A stretch of 57,776 bases of DNA from Bacillota bacterium (lineage in GTDB: Bacteria > Bacillota_I > Bacilli_A > Acholeplasmatales > Acholeplasmataceae), in the NCBI GenBank assembly GCA_027620815.1, contig JAQCDH010000001.1, positions 1 to 57,776 of the forward strand, written 5' to 3'. The translations under genes and the position numbers were made by a program. The notes below the pieces were generated by a model. The model had not been told where the DNA came from, did no database searches, and saw nothing but the letters and a program-made list of their open reading frames with translations. Below, one piece after another: positions 45,611-57,776 of the stretch. Numbering within the stretch: the stretch's first letter is position 1; each line of letters opens with the position of its first letter.

Positions 45611-47227
45611 ATGTTTTTCTTAACTAAACTTTTGGTTAAATACATCCTTATTCCTATTTTTATTACATTATTGATTCCAATAATCATTCTTTTATTTATG
45701 TACCAACCGCTAGATTTTTATTATCAAGATAAAGAATTAGAACAAGCATCTTTAAATGAAATCTTAGAAGATGGATTTAATACATTTACAGATAGTGAAG
45801 CGAGTTCCTTATCGTTTTCATTACATGAAGATGAAGTCAATTACTATGTGTTGAATGTTTTAAGTGTGGCTAATGAAAACTTTGACTTATCCAACACTTA
45901 TTTTATTGAAGAAGAGTTTTACGGATATGCAGGGAGTTGGTTTTCGTTTAGTGAAGAGGGCATTGAACTTATTTCTAAAATAGATATCTTTTTGACGCCA
46001 ACCATTACCTTTGAGACATCCTTAAGAATTACTTTTGAATTACTTTTTGATGGTGATCAAAGCATATTAGGAATCGATAACATTTATATCGGTAATTTAC
46101 CAATTTTATGGATGATTGATGTTGCCGATTTTGGACTTTCACTTTTTGGTATTCAGCTTGAAGATGAAATATCATCCATTTTAAATCAATTTGGAACCTA
46201 TCAGCACGAATCAAAGATTCTTACAATTAGTGTTTCAGAACTTATTGATGCTTCAAGCTCAGAAACACAAACAGTAGAAAGCGTTCTTGCTTTATTAAAA
46301 GGGATTCAAAATAATAATCTTTTAAGACTTGAAAGCAAAGATCAAATGCTTTCAGTTGTGATTGATGTTTATATCCTAGAAGATACAACAGCAATTCAAC
46401 ATTTAGCTGAAGAAGATAGTCTTCAATCTTATGAAGAAGTGTTACAAAATTGGTATAAATCAATATCATATATAGAACTTTTTCAAGAAACATTAAATTC
46501 AAGTGATCAAGCTTTATTGCAGTACACTGTTGAGATGCAAGAACTTGAGTTGAATCAAATGTTAAGTATTACACTTTCAGAGATGTTTCCTAATACTATT
46601 GAAGTGGGATCTTATAGGATTCAGATGAATCAACCCTATTTAGTAATAGATGATGCATTGTGGATAGAAATCCCACTTCAAATTTATAACGATAACGCGT
46701 CCCCTATTTTTACGACAAAAATGAAATTAGAAACGTCACTCATTTACGAAGATGACAAAGGATCATTAGCATTTAATCAAATTCATATAGGTGAAGCAGT
46801 ATTTAATCAAGAGTTATTATCGGTTTTATTTCAACTTTTTGAAGGTCAAATAGAGAATAATCAGTTAGATATTACCCCGCTTCTAGATATGTTTAATGAA
46901 GAAATATCTATTCAAGACATTTCAATCGATCAAGATAAGATTAAGATTTTGATTCAACCTTCAACTTCTGTAGGTTCAATCATCGATCTTGTTGAACAAA
47001 CAATGAATGAATTACAATTATTAGAAACATTACCAGAAGTCATTCAAACACAATTAGAAGTCATCTCAAATGCAATACTAACAAATGATATTGAAGATAT
47101 GAATCAAGCTTTTGAAGATTTCATGCTGATTTATGACGGATTAGATGATACAATACAAAGTGAGATACAACTCATTATATTTACCTATTTAGATGAGGCA
47201 ATGATATTAGAAACATTATTAAATTAA
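45611..47227 (+). CDS. Large hypothetical protein, N-terminally membrane-anchored and acidic
   Basis: 538-aa ORF with AAGGAG RBS and the TM helix YILIPIFITLLIPIIILLFMY. The remainder is Glu/Asp/Leu/Ile-rich with no recognised motif. Confidence 0.6.
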   Translation: MFFLTKLLVKYILIPIFITLLIPIIILLFMYQPLDFYYQDKELEQASLNEILEDGFNTFTDSEASSLSFSLHEDEVNYYVLNVLSVANENFDLSNTYFIEEEFYGYAGSWFSFSEEGIELISKIDIFLTPTITFETSLRITFELLFDGDQSILGIDNIYIGNLPILWMIDVADFGLSLFGIQLEDEISSILNQFGTYQHESKILTISVSELIDASSSETQTVESVLALLKGIQNNNLLRLESKDQMLSVVIDVYILEDTTAIQHLAEEDSLQSYEEVLQNWYKSISYIELFQETLNSSDQALLQYTVEMQELELNQMLSITLSEMFPNTIEVGSYRIQMNQPYLVIDDALWIEIPLQIYNDNASPIFTTKMKLETSLIYEDDKGSLAFNQIHIGEAVFNQELLSVLFQLFEGQIENNQLDITPLLDMFNEEISIQDISIDQDKIKILIQPSTSVGSIIDLVEQTMNELQLLETLPEVIQTQLEVISNAILTNDIEDMNQAFEDFMLIYDGLDDTIQSEIQLIIFTYLDEAMILETLLN

Positions 47228-47246
47228 AGAAGAAAGCGAAAGACAT

Positions 47247-48875
47247 ATGAGCATCCATTCAAATTTTATTAAATCCATTATGGAAACTGATCTAGAAACA
47301 AAAAAACATCATGAAATTATTACAAGGTTTCCACCAGAACCTAACGGTTTTTTACATATTGGTCATGCGCGTGCAATTGTGACGAATTTTGAGCTTGCAA
47401 AATCTTTTGGTGGTAAAACAAACTTAAGATTTGATGATACAAACCCTTCAAAAGAAGATGATATATTTGTTCAAAACATTATTTCTGACATACGCTGGCT
47501 AGGCTATGAACCAGATGGTATTTATTATGCATCTGATTATTTTGAAGAAATGTATGACCGTGCTGTTATTCTTATTAAAAAAGGACTTGCTTATATTGAT
47601 GAATCCTCAGCAGATGATATTAAAAATATGAGAGGGTCAACGAGTATTAAAGGTATTGAATCCCCTTATCGAAATCGTTCAGTTGAAGAAAACCTTAAGT
47701 TATTTGAGGCGATGAAACTTGGTCAAAAAGAAGAAGGATCATGTGTATTAAGAGCGAAAATAGATATGTCCAGCCCAAATATGAATATGAGAGACCCTGT
47801 CATCTACCGTATTTCATTTGATCATCACCATCACCGAGGAAATGACTGGGTTATTTATCCTATGTATGATTTTGCACATCCAATTGAAGATGCAATCGAA
47901 GGCATAACCCATTCTTTATGTAGCTTAGAATTTGAAGATCATCGTCCACTTTATGACTGGGTTGTTAGAGAAACTGAAATGCCAAAAATTCCTAGACAAA
48001 TCGAATTTGGTAGACTCACCATTGAAAATACCGTGATGTCTAAAAGATATTTAAGACAACTTGTTGAGGAAAATAAAGTAACCGGTTGGGATGATCCAAG
48101 GATGCCAACTCTAAAAGGATTAAGACGTAGAGGATACACACCTGAAGCAATTCGTAAATTTATCCTAGAGTCTGGACTATCAAAAATTAATTCTACCATT
48201 GATTCTTCAATGTTAGATGCAGCTTTAAGAGATGATTTAAATCAAAAAGCAGGACGTCTGATGGGAGTGAAAGACCCATTAAAAGTTGTCATTACAAATT
48301 ATCCTGAAAATCAAGTAGAACAATTAGACGTTGAACTTCACCCAGATATTGAAGCAATGGGAACAAGAAGTATTCCTTTTTCTAGAGAAATATATATTGA
48401 ACACGAAGATTTCATTGTAGAAAAGCCTAATAATAAATACAAACGTTTATATTTGGGTGGTGAAGTGAGATTGTTTCATGCGTATTTCATCACATGTCAA
48501 AATGTTATTTATAAAGAAGATGGCACCATTGATTATTTAGAAGCAACGTATGACCCAGAAACGAAAAGTGGATCAGGTTTTGAATCCAGAAAGCCAAATG
48601 GTACCATTCATTTTGTGGAAGTTTCTCAAGCAGTTCCTGTTACTTTTAATATTTTTGGACCAATGGTTTTAGATGAAGAAGAAGGCGACATTATTTCTCG
48701 CTTTAAAGAAGATTCATGGCAAACACAACACGGTTTTGCAGAACCTTTTATTACATCATTACAAGTAGAAGACAAATGCCAACTTAAAAGATTAGGGTTT
48801 TACTGTGTGGATACATTATCTACAAAAGAAAATATCATCATGAATGAAATTGCGACGTTAAAGAGCAGTAAGTAA
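47247..48875 (+). CDS. glnS: Glutamine--tRNA ligase
   Basis: ITRFPPEPNGFLHIGHARAIVTNFELAKSFGGKTNLRFDDTNPSKED is a GlnRS-type HIGH region rather than the GluRS type. The KMSKS equivalent is VMSKRYL. Confidence 0.92.
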   Translation: MSIHSNFIKSIMETDLETKKHHEIITRFPPEPNGFLHIGHARAIVTNFELAKSFGGKTNLRFDDTNPSKEDDIFVQNIISDIRWLGYEPDGIYYASDYFEEMYDRAVILIKKGLAYIDESSADDIKNMRGSTSIKGIESPYRNRSVEENLKLFEAMKLGQKEEGSCVLRAKIDMSSPNMNMRDPVIYRISFDHHHHRGNDWVIYPMYDFAHPIEDAIEGITHSLCSLEFEDHRPLYDWVVRETEMPKIPRQIEFGRLTIENTVMSKRYLRQLVEENKVTGWDDPRMPTLKGLRRRGYTPEAIRKFILESGLSKINSTIDSSMLDAALRDDLNQKAGRLMGVKDPLKVVITNYPENQVEQLDVELHPDIEAMGTRSIPFSREIYIEHEDFIVEKPNNKYKRLYLGGEVRLFHAYFITCQNVIYKEDGTIDYLEATYDPETKSGSGFESRKPNGTIHFVEVSQAVPVTFNIFGPMVLDEEEGDIISRFKEDSWQTQHGFAEPFITSLQVEDKCQLKRLGFYCVDTLSTKENIIMNEIATLKSSK

Positions 48876-50959
48876 TGGAGTTTTTAAAAGACTTAAACCA
48901 ACAACAATTTAAAGCGGTAACTCACGATGTGGGTTCCGTTTTTGTCATTGCTGGCGCGGGTACAGGTAAAACAAGAACACTTACAATGCGAATTGCATAT
49001 CTTATTTCACAAGGGTATGACCCTAAAAGAATTCTCGCAGTTACATTTACAAATAAAGCAGCCAAAGAAATGAAAACACGTGTGATGGATATGGTGGGAC
49101 CTTCAGCATCTCAAGTTTGGATGTACACCTTTCATGCGTTTGGCTTGCAGATACTAAGAAGACATATTCATTTATTACCCTATGGCTATTTACCTAGTTT
49201 TCATATTATCGATGAAGATGATGTCAAGGTGATTATTAAAGAAGTGATCAAATCCTTGAATTTAGAACCTAAAGACTATTCACTAAAACACTTAAGAAAT
49301 ATTATTTCATTATATAAAACAAGAAGATTAGATGCTTTTGAATTTAGTGAAGAAGAAAATATCTACTTAGGATATGTTAAATATTTAAGAGATCACCAGT
49401 TTGTTGATTTTGATGATCTTATTTTATACACACAAGAGTTACTAAAAACCAATGAAGAAATGAGAACCTATTACCAACAGTATTTTGAACACATCTTAAT
49501 TGATGAGTTTCAAGATACCGATGTTATTCAATATGACATCATTAAGATGTTAGGCAGCAGGCATAAAAATGTATTTGTTGTTGGAGATCCCGATCAAAGT
49601 ATTTATGCATTTAGAGGTTCTCACTACGCGAATAACCAGAAGTTCTTAAATGAATTTTCCGCTAATCAAATCATTTTAGATCAAAATTATAGATCCACCA
49701 ATGACATATTAAATGCTGCAAATTTACTCATCAATCATAATCAAAACCGAATTTTAGGAAAAGAATTAAAAAGCGATCTTGGCCTAGGACAACAAGTGAC
49801 TTTTTATACAGCTCAAAATGATTATCAAGAAACCTATTTTGTCATCGATGAAATAAGAAGATTAAAAAGACAAGGAATCTCATATCAAGATATTGCAATT
49901 TTATATAGAAACAATGCATTATCAAGAATATTTGAAGATGCTTTGATTAAAGAAGGGATGCCTTATAAAATCTTTGGAGGTATTAGTTTTTATGAGAGAA
50001 AAGAAATTAAGGATGCGATTGCATATATACGTGTGACACTTGACCCTATTGAAGATTTTTACTTAAAACGTATCATTAATGTACCAAGAAGAGGTATCGG
50101 CTTGACCTCTTTAGAAAAACTTGAAAAATTTGCAAAAATTGAAGGTCTATCGATGTTTGATGCAATTGAATCGGTTCCAATAACAGGTAAATCTAAACAA
50201 GCATTGTTAGAGTTTAAAGAAACGATTGAATCCATCCAACAACACATACAAGAGTTAAATCATCTAGATGAATTCTTAGCGATCGTTTTAGACATATCAG
50301 GATATTTAGATATGTTAAAAGCAGACCATGATGAAACCTCAGAAGATCGCATTTCCAACTTAAAAGAACTCATTACCGTATTCAAAAGAAGTGAAGGTTA
50401 TTATGAAGGAAATATGAAACAAAAAGTTCAACAGCTTTTAGATCAAATCGCGCTTTATACAAGTTTAGATAAATCAAGTGATGATGAATCGATTATTTTA
50501 AGTACCATCCATCAAGTTAAAGGATTAGAATTTAAAGCTGTTTTTATGGTAGTCATGGAAGAGTCGATATTCCCATCGGACTTCACGTTAAGTGATCCAA
50601 GAGAACTTGAAGAAGAAAGACGTGTTTGTTACGTAGGTGTGACACGTGCGAAAAGATATTTATACATTTCATATGCTCAAAGACGGATGGTCTATGGACA
50701 ATTTAAAATTAACTACGCATCAAGATTTTTAAAAGAAATGAGACAACACAAAGTAGAGCAAGTATCAACATCGACATCTTCGACTACTCAAAAAACATAT
50801 TTATCAAAAGGTGATAAAGTTACACATACTGTTTTTGGAGATGGCGTTGTTGTAAGTATGCAAGAAGATGTTGCAACAATAGCTTTTCCCGCTCCACATG
50901 GAATTAGAAAAATCATTGAAAGCCATCCGGCATTAAAGAAAAAAGCACTAACAAATTAG
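48875..50959 (+). CDS. pcrA: ATP-dependent DNA helicase PcrA (UvrD family)
   Basis: Blocks AGAGTGKTRT, VTFTNKAAKEM, IDEFQDT, TIHQVKGLEF, ERRVCYVGVTRAK. TAATG overlap with glnS. Confidence 0.95.
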   Translation: MEFLKDLNQQQFKAVTHDVGSVFVIAGAGTGKTRTLTMRIAYLISQGYDPKRILAVTFTNKAAKEMKTRVMDMVGPSASQVWMYTFHAFGLQILRRHIHLLPYGYLPSFHIIDEDDVKVIIKEVIKSLNLEPKDYSLKHLRNIISLYKTRRLDAFEFSEEENIYLGYVKYLRDHQFVDFDDLILYTQELLKTNEEMRTYYQQYFEHILIDEFQDTDVIQYDIIKMLGSRHKNVFVVGDPDQSIYAFRGSHYANNQKFLNEFSANQIILDQNYRSTNDILNAANLLINHNQNRILGKELKSDLGLGQQVTFYTAQNDYQETYFVIDEIRRLKRQGISYQDIAILYRNNALSRIFEDALIKEGMPYKIFGGISFYERKEIKDAIAYIRVTLDPIEDFYLKRIINVPRRGIGLTSLEKLEKFAKIEGLSMFDAIESVPITGKSKQALLEFKETIESIQQHIQELNHLDEFLAIVLDISGYLDMLKADHDETSEDRISNLKELITVFKRSEGYYEGNMKQKVQQLLDQIALYTSLDKSSDDESIILSTIHQVKGLEFKAVFMVVMEESIFPSDFTLSDPRELEEERRVCYVGVTRAKRYLYISYAQRRMVYGQFKINYASRFLKEMRQHKVEQVSTSTSSTTQKTYLSKGDKVTHTVFGDGVVVSMQEDVATIAFPAPHGIRKIIESHPALKKKALTN

Positions 50960-51000
50960 TAAAGTGATAACTCACTTGTAATATAAGTTAAGATGATGTC

Positions 51001-51482
51001 ATGTTCAATAAACAACAATTAGAAGCGATCACCTTCCGTGATCGCTTTATTTTAGTAAATGCTGGTGCAGGTTCAGGTAAAACAACAGTTATGATTGCTA
51101 GAATACAAGCTTTATTAAGTGAAGGGGTTTTAGAAGATCAAATATTAGGTCTTACATTTTCTAGAGAAGCGGCCCATCAAATGAAACAATTCCAATGTTT
51201 CTTCAACATAAAATTAAACTATTAACACTACATGAATCAAAAGGGTTAGAGTTTGATGGTGTATGTATCATTCGTATTTATGAAAAAATACTTCCACATC
51301 ACCTTTCAGCCTCAAAAGAAAGTATTGAAGAAGAGAGACGTCTTTTTTATGTTGAACTTGCTCGTGCCAAACATAAGATATATTTTATTTATCATAAACA
51401 TCAAGACCAAAACAAAAATGTAAAACTATCAAAATTCATGTTAGAAATCAGTAAAAATCAGCAATTTAAAGCAATAAAATGA
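51001..51482 (+). pseudogene. Remnant of a second UvrD-family helicase with the central domains deleted and a frame change
   Basis: Frame 1 (51001-51225) keeps the N-terminal motifs QQLEAI, NAGAGSGKTT and LTFSREAAHQMK. The other frame (51195-51482) keeps the C-terminal motifs LLTLHESKGLEF and EERRLFYVELARAKHKIYFIY. About 450-500 codons of helicase core are missing between them. Confidence 0.7.
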
Positions 51483-51488
51483 TATAAT
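51480..51488 (+). promoter_or_regulatory. Extended -10 element TGATATAAT upstream of ligA
   Basis: An exact TGnTATAAT match 17 nt upstream of the ligA ATG, with an AGGTGA RBS in between. Confidence 0.4.
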
Positions 51489-51490
51489 AA

Positions 51491-56288
<4,798 letters not shown>

Positions 56289-56299
56289 AAGATAATCTT

Positions 56300-56308
56300 T
56301 GGTATAAT
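56300..56308 (+). promoter_or_regulatory. Extended -10 element TGGTATAAT that would give a leaderless transcript
   Basis: TGnTATAAT ends 6 nt before the ATG at 56315. There is no room for a Shine-Dalgarno sequence. Confidence 0.35.
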
Positions 56309-56314
56309 GACTTT

Positions 56315-56773
56315 ATGAAACTTCAACTTAAAAACACTAAAAAAATATTTCTTGCGCTCACATTTTATTACCATCCCAAAACTTGGATTCACTTGACATT
56401 ATTATTTTTTATAAATGTGTGTATTATGATTGGATTAATGGGTATATTTGAAGTTACGAATTTACAAGTTTTCTCTTCAACGATTTCTTTGTTATTGGGG
56501 TGTATGTTATTTATTACCATCACAGAACATTTGATTAAAACAACTGCAACAATACGTGTACTTGAAATCATAATGGGTTCTTTTGGAATGGGAACTTCAA
56601 TCATTATTATCATTATGATTGTCCTTTACGCTTCTTTATTTCAATCATTTCAAATTATATCAGTAGAGGGATTAATAGGTATCACTTTTATTTTCGTTTT
56701 CTTTAGATCTAATATGAGACGATTGATCATCAATTGCTTTTCTACAAAAATAATGAGAGGCATAAAAAAATGA
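56315..56773 (+). CDS. Hypothetical polytopic membrane protein (152 aa)
   Basis: Four or five hydrophobic helices. ATGA overlap with hprK. No family was recognised. Confidence 0.55.
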   Translation: MKLQLKNTKKIFLALTFYYHPKTWIHLTLLFFINVCIMIGLMGIFEVTNLQVFSSTISLLLGCMLFITITEHLIKTTATIRVLEIIMGSFGMGTSIIIIIMIVLYASLFQSFQIISVEGLIGITFIFVFFRSNMRRLIINCFSTKIMRGIKK

Positions 56774-57687
56774 GTATATTTGTAAGTGATCTTGTACGTG
56801 ATTTAAAATTAGAAGTTTTAAATGGAGCACGTGCATTAGATAAAAAAATAGAAAGTGATCTTCTTGCAAGACCAGGTGTTGAGCTTGCTGGTTTTTTTGA
56901 TTTTTATGATCCTTTAAGAATTGTATTATTTGGTTCTAAAGAAGCAAGTTTTCTTCAACTATTTGATGAAGTCACGATGCGTCAACGCGTAGAAACATTG
57001 TTTAAAAAACAACCGCCTTGTATGATTTTTTCAAGAAACGTCTATATCCACGATATGTTTTATGAATTCGGACACACTTATGATGTTGCTATTTTAAGAT
57101 CAAGTCATCGTACAACCGCACTTGCAAGCTTACTTTATAATTTCTTACATGCCACTTTAGCACCAAGAAAAACAGTTCACGGTGTCCTTGTTGATATACA
57201 CGGATTAGGAACATTAATTACAGGAAAATCAGGGATTGGTAAAAGTGAAACCGCACTTGAGCTCATTAAGCGTGGTCACCTACTTGTTGCTGATGATCGT
57301 GTCGATTTATATGAGGCAACAGCTGGCTCAATTATTGGTTATGCCCCAGACATTACGAAAAAATTAATTGAAGTGCGTGGCATTGGGATTGTGAATGTTG
57401 TTGAAATGTTTGGTGCTGGTGCATTTAGAGAAGATAAAAAAATTAGACTTGTTGTTGAACTTGAAGCCTGGAATGAAGAAAAACATTATGACCGTTTAGG
57501 AGTTGAAACAGAATATGTTCGGTATTTTGAAACAGAACTTCCTAAAATAACAATTCCAGTATTACCAGGCCGAAATGTTGCAACACTCGTAGAATCTGCT
57601 GCTGATAACATGAAATTGAAGTATTTAGGATACGATGCAGCAAAAGATTTTGTTGAAAAAATCAATAAAAAAGCAAAAGGTGAATGA
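56770..57687 (+). CDS. hprK: HPr kinase/phosphorylase
   Basis: The ATG at 56770 gives MSIFVSDLVRDLKLEVLNG. P-loop GKSGIGKSETALEL, LVADDRV and EVRGIGIVNV are present. Confidence 0.93.
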   Translation: MSIFVSDLVRDLKLEVLNGARALDKKIESDLLARPGVELAGFFDFYDPLRIVLFGSKEASFLQLFDEVTMRQRVETLFKKQPPCMIFSRNVYIHDMFYEFGHTYDVAILRSSHRTTALASLLYNFLHATLAPRKTVHGVLVDIHGLGTLITGKSGIGKSETALELIKRGHLLVADDRVDLYEATAGSIIGYAPDITKKLIEVRGIGIVNVVEMFGAGAFREDKKIRLVVELEAWNEEKHYDRLGVETEYVRYFETELPKITIPVLPGRNVATLVESAADNMKLKYLGYDAAKDFVEKINKKAKGE

Positions 57688-57688
57688 G

Positions 57689-57776
57689 ATGGATCAAGTT
57701 AAAGCGTTTCTTTTAAGACATAAAAACCCGATCAGATTATATGGCGGTGCATTTTTATATTTTATTTTTATTTTAT
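57689..57776 (+). CDS. 5' end of an ORF running off the window, possibly prolipoprotein diacylglyceryl transferase
   Basis: MDQVKAFLLRHKNPIRLYGGAFLYFIFIL is hydrophobic. hprK-lgt adjacency is conserved in Bacillus-like genomes. Too short to confirm. Confidence 0.35.
   Translation, partial: MDQVKAFLLRHKNPIRLYGGAFLYFIFIL

Noticed and set aside
27530-48875. T-box or other riboswitch leaders upstream of the aminoacyl-tRNA synthetase genes (asnS, lysS, glnS)
   Set aside because: The upstream gaps are too short. asnS overlaps rmuC, lysS has about 50 nt after the S4-domain gene, and glnS has 19 nt. A leader of 200 nt or more cannot fit.
50960-51000. Short hairpin AGTGA-TAAC-TCACT after pcrA as a terminator
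   Set aside because: It has only a 5-bp stem and no following T-run, which is too weak to call.

Overview
This window is about 58 kb next to the replication origin of a low-GC chromosome (roughly 30-35% GC by eye). It looks like an Acholeplasma-like mollicute or a closely related low-GC Firmicute. The standard genetic code applies: TGA acts as a stop (yidC, the 4292..5215 gene, tsaE, hprK) and Trp is TGG. Several proteins carry lipobox signal peptides, and gene order resembles Bacillus (dnaA <-> rpmH-rnpA-yidC-jag; dnaX-ybaB-recR; tilS-hpt-ftsH; tsaE-tsaB-rimI-tsaD; pcrA-ligA; hprK-lgt). The window opens inside dnaA (minus strand), followed by a DnaA-box cluster (oriC) and the divergent rpmH operon. 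Most later genes lie on the + strand, as expected for the leading strand, and most are housekeeping. No rRNA, tRNA, CRISPR, transposase or prophage signal was seen. The most interesting block is about 7.7-20.6 kb. It holds a MalK/UgpC-type ABC importer whose ATPase has a coiled-coil insertion of about 150 aa, plus two permeases and a binding lipoprotein. Next come a 1209-aa surface lipoprotein with three tandem 194-aa repeats and a C-terminal lamin-tail domain (LTD), a bitopic membrane protein of unknown function, an LTD-staphylococcal-nuclease fusion lipoprotein, and two tandem DHH/DHHA1 (NrnA-like) phosphoesterases. I read this as an expanded system for capturing, cutting, importing and finishing extracellular nucleic acid. 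Other points of interest: a cdaA (c-di-AMP cyclase) operon where the usual CdaR partner is replaced by a 53-aa CdaR-N-terminus-like peptide and a membrane PAS/degenerate-GGDEF protein; a decayed UvrD-family helicase remnant between pcrA and ligA; a YidC with a 190-aa lipoprotein ectodomain; a terminator-containing leader upstream of the ABC operon; candidate leaderless mRNAs; and both GlnRS and AsnRS. All functional calls rest on motifs read by eye from the translations. No database search was run.
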